From positions 1 to 35,923 of IMG/VR virus record IMGVR_UViG_3300019487_000019: a stretch of 35,923 nt of DNA. The stretch is one strand, 5' to 3'. The stretch's first letter is position 1, and each line of letters opens with the position of its first letter. Both the position numbers and the translations under genes were made by a program. This document shows positions 15,905-23,699 of the stretch, in pieces. The DNA comes from a virus. A model generated the notes under the pieces. It had not been told where the DNA came from. It searched no databases and saw only the letters and a list, made by a program, of their open reading frames with translations.

Positions 15905-16348
15905 ATGCGCTTCTACGGATTTTGCCACTACTACTTGTCGTCGATTCAGCAAGCAATTCAAGCGAAGCATTGCGGCGACGATATGTTCGTCAAATATCGT
16001 CTCCCTGATAGCTTTAATCTAGCGTCCGACCGACTATGGGACTGGGCGGCGAATCACAAAACGTTGATTCTGCTCAATGGCGGCAACTGTGAACAGCTGA
16101 ACGCAACGTACGATCTGTTTCGGACAATCGGCCCGGAACTGGAACTGCCGTATGGTCTGTTTCACGAAGACGCGGCATCGCTCAACAATGCACTGACTTG
16201 TGTCGGTATCGTTGTTCCGGAAAAGATTTACGCTGCGGCGGAACAACTGCGTAGTCCATCATCACTTTTTGTGCCGAGTTATGACTTCCTTTCGCCGGCG
16301 GAACGAGAACTTGCCATGCTGTTGTCAGCACATGGGCTGGCTCGATAA
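15905..16348 (+). CDS. Peptidyl-tRNA hydrolase II (Pth2)-like protein
   Basis: [11 protein letters not shown]...[20 protein letters not shown] follow the Pth2 pattern (Q..H; K.V.L; D....T); AAGGAG RBS. Confidence 0.6.
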   Translation: MRFYGFCHYYLSSIQQAIQAKHCGDDMFVKYRLPDSFNLASDRLWDWAANHKTLILLNGGNCEQLNATYDLFRTIGPELELPYGLFHEDAASLNNALTCVGIVVPEKIYAAAEQLRSPSSLFVPSYDFLSPAERELAMLLSAHGLAR

Positions 16349-16356
16349 ATACAGAC

Positions 16357-16689
16357 ATGGAAAACATTATCAATTTTACTGATCGCGCCGTTGTCAAAAT
16401 CAAAGAGGTCATCACCGAAGAAAATGATCCTTCATTGATGCTTCGAGTGTTTGTTCAAGGTGGTGGTTGTTCTGGTTTTCAGTACGGCTTTTCTCTTGAA
16501 AACTCTCCCGCGGAGGACGATTCGATTTCCGAACGTGATGGGGTAAGGGTTGTTGTTGATCCCATGAGCTATCAATATCTTGTCGGGGCTAATATCGATT
16601 ACGTTGACGATTTGTCAGGGGCTCGTTTCGTACTTGAAAACCCAAACGCCAAGTCGTCCTGTGGTTGCGGATCTTCGTTTAGTACTTAA
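16357..16689 (+). CDS. erpA: A-type iron-sulfur cluster carrier ErpA/IscA (HesB family)
   Basis: [46 protein letters not shown]. Confidence 0.92.
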   Translation: MENIINFTDRAVVKIKEVITEENDPSLMLRVFVQGGGCSGFQYGFSLENSPAEDDSISERDGVRVVVDPMSYQYLVGANIDYVDDLSGARFVLENPNAKSSCGCGSSFST

Positions 16690-16838
16690 CCGCGTGGTGT
16701 CAATACAATTGCAGAACGCTTTGCTACATCGTAATGCTTAGCTGTGGTGATTCGTTTTGCCCGTAAATGTGTACTAACATTTTCTGAGCAATTACGTTGC
16801 TTGACCCGAGTGTGAACAGTGCAGGTATGTTTTAGCAC
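16686..16838 (-). CDS. 50-aa basic microprotein convergent with erpA
   Basis: Minus strand: GATAAATA (16878-16871), GAGGA RBS, GTG start; [50 protein letters not shown]; fills the gap and shares TTAA with the erpA stop. Confidence 0.5.
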   Translation of the reverse strand: MLKHTCTVHTRVKQRNCSENVSTHLRAKRITTAKHYDVAKRSAIVLTPRG

Positions 16839-16903
16839 TTGTCGGTCCTCTTGTTAGATACTACAATGTATATTTATCACATTGTTGAGAACAGGAGAGG
16901 AAC

Positions 16904-17245
16904 ATGGCTAACACCTTGACTACAGTGTATTGTAAAGTTTTGTTTGAAGGGATTCATTGTTGGCCGGACTGTCCTTTTGACGAAGTGAAATACCTTCGAG
17001 ACCCTCATCGTCACATTTTCCACATTACAGCACACAAACAAGTTTTTCATAATGATCGTGATGTTGAATTCATTATGTTAAAACACCGTATTGAGGAATA
17101 TTTATTTGAACAATACCCACAGGGCTATCTTGGAGCAACTTCATGTGAAATGCTCGGGCACGAACTAATGGGAGCGTTCGACTTACTAAAGGTCGAAGTT
17201 AGTGAAGATAACGAAAATGGCGCAATTGTCTCGCGAGTTGATTGA
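16904..17245 (+). CDS. QueD/6-pyruvoyl-tetrahydropterin synthase-like T-fold protein
   Basis: FEGIH, HRHIF, DRDVEF, TSCE and VEVSEDNENGA are typical of phage QueD-like proteins. Confidence 0.7.
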   Translation: MANTLTTVYCKVLFEGIHCWPDCPFDEVKYLRDPHRHIFHITAHKQVFHNDRDVEFIMLKHRIEEYLFEQYPQGYLGATSCEMLGHELMGAFDLLKVEVSEDNENGAIVSRVD

Positions 17246-17292
17246 AGCCGACCGTACAATCTAACAGTAGCTCCTGCGGGAAGAGGAAGAGT

Positions 17293-17634
17293 ATGGACGA
17301 GCGTAAATACGAATATAGCATTGGAGATGGTTGGAAGTCGTTCGTTGATCCGCTGATTGTGGAGGTAGAACGTCTTGGTGGACGAATTGCTCAAATCAAA
17401 GAAAAATTTGGAGAGCTTCGTTTCTACTTTGATTTGCCTCAAGCAAAAACTCTTGAAGAAGAGTTAGCGCACAAGCGACTGGACTATCTTGTCAGTGATG
17501 CAGAAAACAGAAGTGCTGAAACATGTGAATTCTGTGGAAAGCCAGGTGAGCTGCGGTCTGGAAATTGGCTTCAAACATTATGCGAAGGGCATCACCAAGA
17601 GCGCGAGCTTCGAAAACTAGACGCTGAGGAATAA
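17293..17634 (+). CDS. Conserved phage protein (QIKEKFG.LRFY; CXXC...C..H)
   Basis: GAGG RBS; motifs visible in the translation. Confidence 0.75.
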   Translation: MDERKYEYSIGDGWKSFVDPLIVEVERLGGRIAQIKEKFGELRFYFDLPQAKTLEEELAHKRLDYLVSDAENRSAETCEFCGKPGELRSGNWLQTLCEGHHQERELRKLDAEE

Positions 17635-18117
17635 ATGCTTACATTTCTAAAACAAGATCTAACAACCGTTGAGCGAGGCGTGATCGCTCACGGCGTCAAT
17701 TGTCAGGGTGTCATGGGTTCAGGTGTTGCACTCGCTCTTCGAAATAAATGGCCTGCTGTCTATACAAACTACCGAACAATGGTTGATGCCTCCTCAGATG
17801 AGAAGGAAAAATTACTCGGTACGTGTTCGATTGTTGCTGTTGAACGCACAAACCATTTGTATGTTGCTAATGTTTTCTCACAGGTGAACTATGGGCGCCA
17901 ACGTTATCGCTATGCCAATCCGGAGGCAATTCGGTCCGGCCTCAACTTCGTCTTTAGTTTCGCAACCGGTATCGGACTACCTGTCTACATGCCAAAGCTC
18001 GGTTGCGGCTTGGGCGGTCTCTCTTGGTATTCTGATGTGGAGCCTGTGGTGGCAGAGCTACTTGACAAACATCCAAACTTGGAAAACGTTTTCCTCTGCG
18101 AGATCTCCAATGGATAG
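17635..18117 (+). CDS. Macrodomain (Appr-1''-p processing / ADP-ribosylhydrolase-like) protein
   Basis: IAHGVNCQGVMGSGVA, VANVFSQ, MPKLGCGLGGLSW. Confidence 0.88.
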   Translation: MLTFLKQDLTTVERGVIAHGVNCQGVMGSGVALALRNKWPAVYTNYRTMVDASSDEKEKLLGTCSIVAVERTNHLYVANVFSQVNYGRQRYRYANPEAIRSGLNFVFSFATGIGLPVYMPKLGCGLGGLSWYSDVEPVVAELLDKHPNLENVFLCEISNG

Positions 18118-18415
18118 CTGGGATGGTGTTTTTGAAAATCCAATTCGCGTCGATCCTTTCGATTTTCAGTCGGCGTTTCAGCCAAAGAAGCGTTTGATTG
18201 TGGCATACGAAGGTGCTCATATTAAATCTGTTCCGTACTGGCGTGAACACGCGAACGAATTTGATGGTGATTTGATCTTTCGCATTCGTTCCCTGTCGTG
18301 GGAGATGCGTCATATTGATGTTCTCGTCCACACACTCGTCAATGAGAAGGATGTTGCCCTTAAAGCATTAATGTTGTACCATAATTGGCAAATTATGACC
18401 TTGAATGACGAATGA
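18110..18415 (+). CDS. Phage hypothetical protein
   Basis: 3' part of ORF 17891..18415 from ATG 18110. Confidence 0.6.
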   Translation: MDSWDGVFENPIRVDPFDFQSAFQPKKRLIVAYEGAHIKSVPYWREHANEFDGDLIFRIRSLSWEMRHIDVLVHTLVNEKDVALKALMLYHNWQIMTLNDE

Positions 18416-18503
18416 GCTAGGCTTTTCCTCTGGCAAGTAAATAGTTAGGAAAATGGATAAAATCCTTATAAATGTGTTGCTGGTTTGATAAAGTTAGAAT
18501 AAT

Positions 18504-18576
18504 GGGGGTGTAGCACAATTGGGGGTGCAACTGCCTTGCACGCAGTAGGTTGCAGGTTCGAGCCCTGTCACCTCCA
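18504..18576 (+). tRNA. tRNA-Ala(UGC), no encoded CCA
   Basis: Cloverleaf: GGGGGTG/CACCTCC with G3:U70, D stem GCAC/GTGC, anticodon arm ACTGC-CTTGCAC-GCAGT, T arm GCAGG-TTCGAGC-CCTGT. Confidence 0.92.
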
Positions 18577-18583
18577 CGGTTTA

Positions 18584-18688
18584 CGGAGATTAGCGCAGCC
18601 TGGTAGCGCATCTGCTTTGGTAAATGCCTTCGTAAGAGGACATTTTCCGAGCAGAGGGTCGCAGGTTCGAATCCTGCATCTCCGACCA
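18584..18688 (+). tRNA. tRNA-Pro(UGG) with a 28-nt insertion/intron (18621-18648) in the anticodon loop
   Basis: CGGAGAT/ATCTCCG-A-CCA, D arm GCGC-AGCCTGGTA-GCGC, TCTGC-TTTGG[28 nt]GA-GCAGA, T arm GCAGG-TTCGAAT-CCTGC. Confidence 0.88.
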
Positions 18689-18702
18689 ATCTAGGAGTTG
18701 TT

Positions 18703-18882
18703 ATGCTCATTCCAAAAGTTCGTGTTAAAGCAGCGTTCGACAACGGCACAGAAATCGATCGAGTAATGCCTTCAGACGAGGCCGATGCTTATCTTCGCAC
18801 CCTTGCAACAGACAAGACGTGTTCACATTTTGAAGCGCGTGGCTTGTGGAATCAAGACCGTAAAGCCTACGATGAATGCTGA
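18703..18882 (+). CDS. 59-aa hypothetical protein
   Basis: AGGAG RBS; MLIPKVRVKAAFDNG...AYDEC*; below the track cutoff. Confidence 0.65.
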   Translation: MLIPKVRVKAAFDNGTEIDRVMPSDEADAYLRTLATDKTCSHFEARGLWNQDRKAYDEC

Positions 18883-19129
18883 TCACCTGAAATCAATTCG
18901 GCAAACTATTGCCTGGACGTTGTTTGCCGTTTGGCTTACCTTAATCGCCCCTTTGGGATTCTTTGTCGGTGTGTTGTCTTTTCTTGTCTTCCGGTGGAAA
19001 GGTCCGTTGAATTTTTGGTTTGATCAATTCTGCTGGTTCAATCGCGTGTTTGATTGGGCTGTGCAAGCTCACGGTGCAACACCGAAACAATGGCAACGAT
19101 ATATTGAATTCCCAATTCCATTCGAATGA
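18872..19129 (+). CDS. Membrane protein
   Basis: 3' part of ORF 18785..19129; hydrophobic segment. Confidence 0.6.
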   Translation: MNADHLKSIRQTIAWTLFAVWLTLIAPLGFFVGVLSFLVFRWKGPLNFWFDQFCWFNRVFDWAVQAHGATPKQWQRYIEFPIPFE

Positions 19130-19461
19130 AATCCGACGAACAGATCAAGAAAGAGCTGGCGGAGCTTCGCAAGCAACGCCTGAAAGCTCTTGACGAAGAG
19201 TACCTCCAATCAAAATGGATTGATTTTTATCTCGGGATCGTTTTACTTATTGGCCTTATTGTTGCAGTCTGTCTTATCAAGCCTATTGAATCGACCTGTG
19301 AGTCGAAACGGCAAGTTATGCAAGATCTTTACGATCAAGGATATTGGTATGAAGAAACTTCTACACGGTCAATAACTTTCTACCATACAGATCATCCACA
19401 ACTCGTTGCTATGTATCGTGAAGTGGATGGTGAGGAGGTGCTTTGCTATGTTCAACGTTGA
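19126..19461 (+). CDS. Single-TM hypothetical protein
   Basis: ATGA overlap; TM segment FYLGIVLLIGLIVAVCLI. Confidence 0.7.
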   Translation: MKSDEQIKKELAELRKQRLKALDEEYLQSKWIDFYLGIVLLIGLIVAVCLIKPIESTCESKRQVMQDLYDQGYWYEETSTRSITFYHTDHPQLVAMYREVDGEEVLCYVQR

Positions 19462-19585
19462 AGAATTGATTACGGTTGTAAAAGCAAACACAGCTGTGTT
19501 GCGACAATTGCTTGCTCTCATTGCTGATCTCAATGACAATGTTAAGAAGCTAAACGAATCAACGAAAAAGACCGACGATGCGTAG
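19448..19585 (+). CDS. 45-aa coiled-coil microprotein
   Basis: GAGGAGG RBS; MFNVEELITVVKANTAVLRQLLALIADLNDNVKKL... Confidence 0.6.
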   Translation: MFNVEELITVVKANTAVLRQLLALIADLNDNVKKLNESTKKTDDA

Positions 19586-19710
19586 ACTCTTTTCAAACCA
19601 GCAGTAATAATTCCCACAATTGTTTCCCTTATTTGCGTACTCATAACGACGTTTGTTGTCCTTCGTGTTTAACCCTGGTAAGATATTGCTCTTAATCAAG
19701 GAGAAAACTC

Positions 19711-20286
19711 ATGGAATTTACCCTCCGTGCTGCGCACAAGCTTGTTGAGAAGATCAACGGCCACCTCAAGACAATCGAAGTTGAACCGATTGTCAACGTC
19801 AACGCGTTTGAAGTTGCCGACGCACAGAAGCTATTTTCGGAACGTCTCGCTCGCTTTAATGCCAATAGGGAGCGTGCTCTGAATCTAATCGAAATTCGTG
19901 CGGTCCTTCGCAACGAGATTGGCGAACAAAACGCTAAGGAAATCGATGGTCTGATCGGCCACCGCAAGGCTGCCATCGAGCGTCTCACCCTGTTCAATCG
20001 CATCCTGCAATCCGCAAAACAGGAAGGCGAGATTTCATCTCCGGCGGCCCTCGAGAAGAAGGTCAAGGCACAGACAGACTCGAAAACACAGACGCTATAT
20101 GGACGTGAGATGATCTCGTTCAACGTTGTCAGTAAAGAAGTTCGCGACAATCTCGAGAGCGAGGTTGCTGTGATGAAACGCTTGATCGAGAGAACCGAAG
20201 ATCAACTCCTCCATGAGAATATCCAGCGCAAGATTGTTCTTGACGCCGCTCGTGTTGGAGTTCTTCGTCAAGAACTGTTGGTCTGA
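19711..20286 (+). CDS. Long alpha-helical/coiled-coil protein (191 aa), possibly DIP1984/DUF6847-like (unverified)
   Basis: AAGGAG RBS; heptad-like helices; M.FTLR.A..L start and L...N....I.L end; no catalytic motif seen. Confidence 0.8.
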   Translation: MEFTLRAAHKLVEKINGHLKTIEVEPIVNVNAFEVADAQKLFSERLARFNANRERALNLIEIRAVLRNEIGEQNAKEIDGLIGHRKAAIERLTLFNRILQSAKQEGEISSPAALEKKVKAQTDSKTQTLYGREMISFNVVSKEVRDNLESEVAVMKRLIERTEDQLLHENIQRKIVLDAARVGVLRQELLV

Positions 20287-20520
20287 GGAGGCAGAGCGGG
20301 AGGAAAGACAGAGCCACCTGGAATATACCTACGGGCGTATCCAGGCCGTGGCATATTGCCACATCTACAGGACAGGTCCATTGTTTGTGAGCAATTACTA
20401 TTACCCATCTTGTTGGTTGTTGGTTGTAGCTCACGAAAAGACCACTAATTGTCGATTGTTGGGCGCATGCGCCGACTGTTTGATTGTCATGGCTTCTGTT
20501 GATCTTTCCACTCTCCTCCA
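20287..20520 (+). ncRNA. Candidate structured ncRNA (~235 nt) with a closing helix and UUGU repeats
   Basis: 5'/3' ends pair (GGAGG/CCTCC, AGAG/CTCT, GGAAAGA/TCTTTCC, CAGA/TCTG, GCCA/TGGC); internal hairpins include a cUACGg loop; about ten (U/C)UGU motifs. Confidence 0.7.
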
Positions 20521-20544
20521 CTATTATTTGGCATGGAGGTCTCC

Positions 20545-21441
20545 ATGTCGCTCGTAGATACAATGTTAGATGAAATCCGCAAACGCATAAAAGCCGCCCC
20601 AGCCGGCACGCCAGCGGGTGTGCCGGGAGGGAAATTAGTTGCTCGGTCTGCCCGAGCGCTTGCTGATCACTTCGCCGGTTCTGAGGAGCCAGAAGTTGAC
20701 GACAATCCCCCGTTTCATGAATTTGACTTAGAAACTCTTCTTGCTGATCTTCATCCAGACAAACCCGAACTTGCTCAAAAGATTCAGTCCGTTTTGTCGC
20801 GCTTAGAACTCTATACGGGTCTCTCGTTTTCCCTAACAAATGGACCTTATCTTGCTGGTGGTGCTTTGCGGCAAGCTATTGAAGGTGAATTCTGCAAAAC
20901 TGACTACGATATTTTCTTTAACAGTTATGCTCAGTACGAAGCGTTTTCACAAAAACTAATGTACTTCGAACCGCAAGATCAGACGTTTGTTTCAAAACAC
21001 CCCGACCTAACCGTCGAAACCCAGACAATGTTTACAGAGAACTATAAAATGGGTGAGGAGGGAACCGATCTTATTCAATTGATTCGCGATCGATGGTATC
21101 ACAAGAACGCAAAAAGTCTAATTTCAGAATTCGATTTTACATGCTGCCAGCTTGCTACGGATGGCACAACGATCGTCGTTGGTGCACACGCAATTAATGA
21201 TATTTGCGATCGACGGCTTGTGTTTAATGCGTTTCATTCTCCCGTGAATTCAGTTGTTCGAGTGGGGAAATATAACCGATATGGGTATGTTCTAACACAC
21301 GAAGAGTCAAAGAAATTCCTCCAAAATGTTGTAGAGAATCCTGACACATTGGAGAATAGTGGATACGTTGTTGATGGAATGAGTGCAGCCGTTTCTTCGG
21401 TAAGCGCACACTTCGGCGCAGTTAAGTGTGCCAGCCTCTGA
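20545..21441 (+). CDS. Nucleotidyltransferase (poly(A) polymerase/CCA-adding head-domain-like)
   Basis: YLAGGALR, catalytic DYDIFF, IQLI, FDFTCCQ, R..KY..YGY; GGAGG RBS. Confidence 0.75.
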   Translation: MSLVDTMLDEIRKRIKAAPAGTPAGVPGGKLVARSARALADHFAGSEEPEVDDNPPFHEFDLETLLADLHPDKPELAQKIQSVLSRLELYTGLSFSLTNGPYLAGGALRQAIEGEFCKTDYDIFFNSYAQYEAFSQKLMYFEPQDQTFVSKHPDLTVETQTMFTENYKMGEEGTDLIQLIRDRWYHKNAKSLISEFDFTCCQLATDGTTIVVGAHAINDICDRRLVFNAFHSPVNSVVRVGKYNRYGYVLTHEESKKFLQNVVENPDTLENSGYVVDGMSAAVSSVSAHFGAVKCASL

Positions 21442-21489
21442 GCATTTAAGTGTACCACACTCTGCCCTTCATAGGCGAATAAAAGGATC

Positions 21490-21822
21490 ATGAGAAAAAT
21501 GGAAGATAATGCAAATACACGTCAGATCGCAGGCACACATTACGTAAAGTACGGCAATTTTCAAATCTGGGATGCTTGGTGGCATTGGAATCTCGACCCA
21601 TTTCAAGCAAACGTTATCAAGTACGTCGTTCGTGGTAAGGAAGGTGGCTTGAAGAAGAAACTAGAAGATCTCGACAAGGCGGTTCATTACATCGAGAAGT
21701 ATAAAGAACTGCTAATTGCAGAGGAAGAACAACGCAAAGCAAAAGAAGAGGCAGCGCAAGTTCAGATCGCTCGAGCAACACCTAGCGAAGCAGAACTCGC
21801 TCAACTGAAGCGATCAAGATGA
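21490..21822 (+). CDS. DUF3310-family protein (T7 gp1.7-like nucleotide kinase domain)
   Basis: QIAGTHY, F..ANVIKYV.R, EDLDKAVHYI. Confidence 0.75.
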   Translation: MRKMEDNANTRQIAGTHYVKYGNFQIWDAWWHWNLDPFQANVIKYVVRGKEGGLKKKLEDLDKAVHYIEKYKELLIAEEEQRKAKEEAAQVQIARATPSEAELAQLKRSR

Positions 21823-21989
21823 TACAACGAAAAATCGACAGCGAACAGGAACTAGCCGAACTCATTGAAGAGCTGGTACCAGGCGAAAACATAGAGGTTT
21901 CTAAAGAAGCCTGGGAACAACTAATCAAGAAGGGGATATTAATTCCTGTGGACGACGATGAACAAGAACAAACGGATGACAAAGAATGA
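21819..21989 (+). CDS. 56-aa acidic protein
   Basis: ATGA overlaps at both ends; MIQRKIDSEQELAELIEEL...DDDEQEQTDDKE*. Confidence 0.65.
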   Translation: MIQRKIDSEQELAELIEELVPGENIEVSKEAWEQLIKKGILIPVDDDEQEQTDDKE

Positions 21990-23032
21990 CAAAATTTCGA
22001 CACAACGATTACAGCTCACACATAGATGAAGACTTTGTTTACGATAGTGAATTCTATCCCGACGACAAAGATCTTCCAGATCCACAAATCAATCCAATTA
22101 TACCCGGAGCACAGATTGGATTAGACAAGGTTGGTGTAACGGGCGTTGATCTTCCGATGAAGTTTCTTCGACGGGACGGATCGACACAAGAACTTCACGT
22201 CAAGGCTTCATTGTATGGTTCATTGGATGATCCAAAAGCTAAGGGGTTGAACCTATCACGGTTTCCTGTGATTATGCACGAGGAGATCGCAAACCATATG
22301 TCGATCGACGGGTTGCGAAATTGCCTTGTCCGTCTTCAAAAGAAACAAGGATCAAAGCATGTATATTGCAAGCTTCGTTTCAAGTATCCGTGGGTTCAAG
22401 AAGCTCTTCGGACACGAAAAGAGCTTCCCGAAGATGCGCCAGATAAAGACGTGTTTAAGGTCGTTGAAGGCGTAAAGTTGAGCCATGAGAAAATGCTTGG
22501 ATACATTTTCTATGACTGCATTCTTGAAGGACAGCTGCATATTGACGAAATAACCAATGAGTGGAATAACCAGGTTCTCCGAGTCCCAACCTTCAAGTTC
22601 TTCCTTACGGTTGAATACATCTACTCTTCAACTTGTCCGTGTAGTTATGAGCTAGCTCAAGATGCAAAGCGTCGTCGTGGCAAGGCAGCGAATGGGCATT
22701 CACAACGATCAATTGGTCGAATTACAGTTCAGTTCAATCCGTCTGAACATATTGTGTGGGTTGAAGATATCGTTGAAATGGCTCGGCAACAAGTGCCAAC
22801 AGAAGTTGTTGTTATTTGTAAGCGACGAGACGAACAAGCGTTTGCTGAACTCAATGGTTCGAATCTATTGTTCACAGAAGATGCTTCGAGACTATTGTTT
22901 GAGGGATTGGATCAAATGTTCAAGGACGGAAAGGTTCTCGATTTCTCGATCGTCACAGAACATTTGGAATCGTTGCATCCGTGGTCCGCAACCGCGGTCG
23001 TCGCCAAGGGTATTCCGGGTGGTCTCCGATAA
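21986..23032 (+). CDS. folE2: GTP cyclohydrolase I type B (FolE2/MptA family)
   Basis: LPD.Q, LDKVGV, KGLNLSRF, STCPCS, HSQRS, KRRDEQAF, FTEDASR, ESLH. Confidence 0.88.
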   Translation: MTKFRHNDYSSHIDEDFVYDSEFYPDDKDLPDPQINPIIPGAQIGLDKVGVTGVDLPMKFLRRDGSTQELHVKASLYGSLDDPKAKGLNLSRFPVIMHEEIANHMSIDGLRNCLVRLQKKQGSKHVYCKLRFKYPWVQEALRTRKELPEDAPDKDVFKVVEGVKLSHEKMLGYIFYDCILEGQLHIDEITNEWNNQVLRVPTFKFFLTVEYIYSSTCPCSYELAQDAKRRRGKAANGHSQRSIGRITVQFNPSEHIVWVEDIVEMARQQVPTEVVVICKRRDEQAFAELNGSNLLFTEDASRLLFEGLDQMFKDGKVLDFSIVTEHLESLHPWSATAVVAKGIPGGLR

Positions 23033-23672
23033 TTGGCTCGATGTACTTGACTATTTCAAATCGGACGACTACGTTGCTATTGTTAAAAAGATAGCTGCTC
23101 GCCGTGCGAAGGGGATTATTGTTCTTCCAGAAAAGCAAAACATTTTTCGAGCGTTACAACTAACACTGTTTGATGAAGTAAAAGTTGTCATTCTTGGACA
23201 AGATCCTTATCCGACACCCAGTCATGCAATTGGTCTTGCTTTCTCGGTTCCATCACACACATATCCAACACCAAAGTCGCTTCAAAATATATTCACTGAA
23301 CTCGAAACCGATCTTGGAATAGTGCGAACGAATTGTGATTTGACGGACTGGGCCAAACAAGGCGTATTGTTGCTAAACACAACACTGACCGTTGAGCAAG
23401 GCAATCCCGGTTCCCACAAAGCATATGGTTGGACAACGCTAACGAACGAGATTATTACAAAGCTAAGCGAATACCACGACAATCTCGTGTTTATTCTTTG
23501 GGGGAGCCACGCCCAAGAGAAAATCTCACTAATTGACTCTGAAAAACACCTTATAATCAAGTCGTCGCACCCATCACCACTTGGGGCCTACCGTGGTTTC
23601 TTCGGTAGTAAACCCTTCTCACAAACCAATCAATATTTGACGAGCAAAAATCTCCCTATAATCAACTGGTGA
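23019..23672 (+). CDS. ung: Uracil-DNA glycosylase, family 1
   Basis: VKVVILGQDPY, AIGLAFSV, WAKQGVLLLN, VFILWGSHA, HPSPL; GTG start at 23019 is inferred. Confidence 0.95.
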   Translation: MVSDNWLDVLDYFKSDDYVAIVKKIAARRAKGIIVLPEKQNIFRALQLTLFDEVKVVILGQDPYPTPSHAIGLAFSVPSHTYPTPKSLQNIFTELETDLGIVRTNCDLTDWAKQGVLLLNTTLTVEQGNPGSHKAYGWTTLTNEIITKLSEYHDNLVFILWGSHAQEKISLIDSEKHLIIKSSHPSPLGAYRGFFGSKPFSQTNQYLTSKNLPIINW

Positions 23673-23699
23673 ATAAATACTCCCACTAAAGGAGTGCGT

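Noticed and set aside
18621-18648. tRNA insert as a group I/II intron or an attachment-site remnant
   Set aside because: Far too short for a ribozyme, and no duplicated tRNA 3' end or integrase is present in the window.
18417-18749. 110-aa minus-strand ORF
   Set aside because: It is the antisense of the two tRNA genes.
20129-20839. ORFs 20213..20557 (+) and 20129..20839 (-) across the candidate ncRNA
   Set aside because: No RBS, overlap with well-supported genes and atypical composition; RNA structure explains the gap better, though coding is not formally excluded.
22662-23018. N-terminal 119-aa extension of Ung in the ORF track
   Set aside because: Lies inside folE2 in another frame; Ung similarity begins near 23019.
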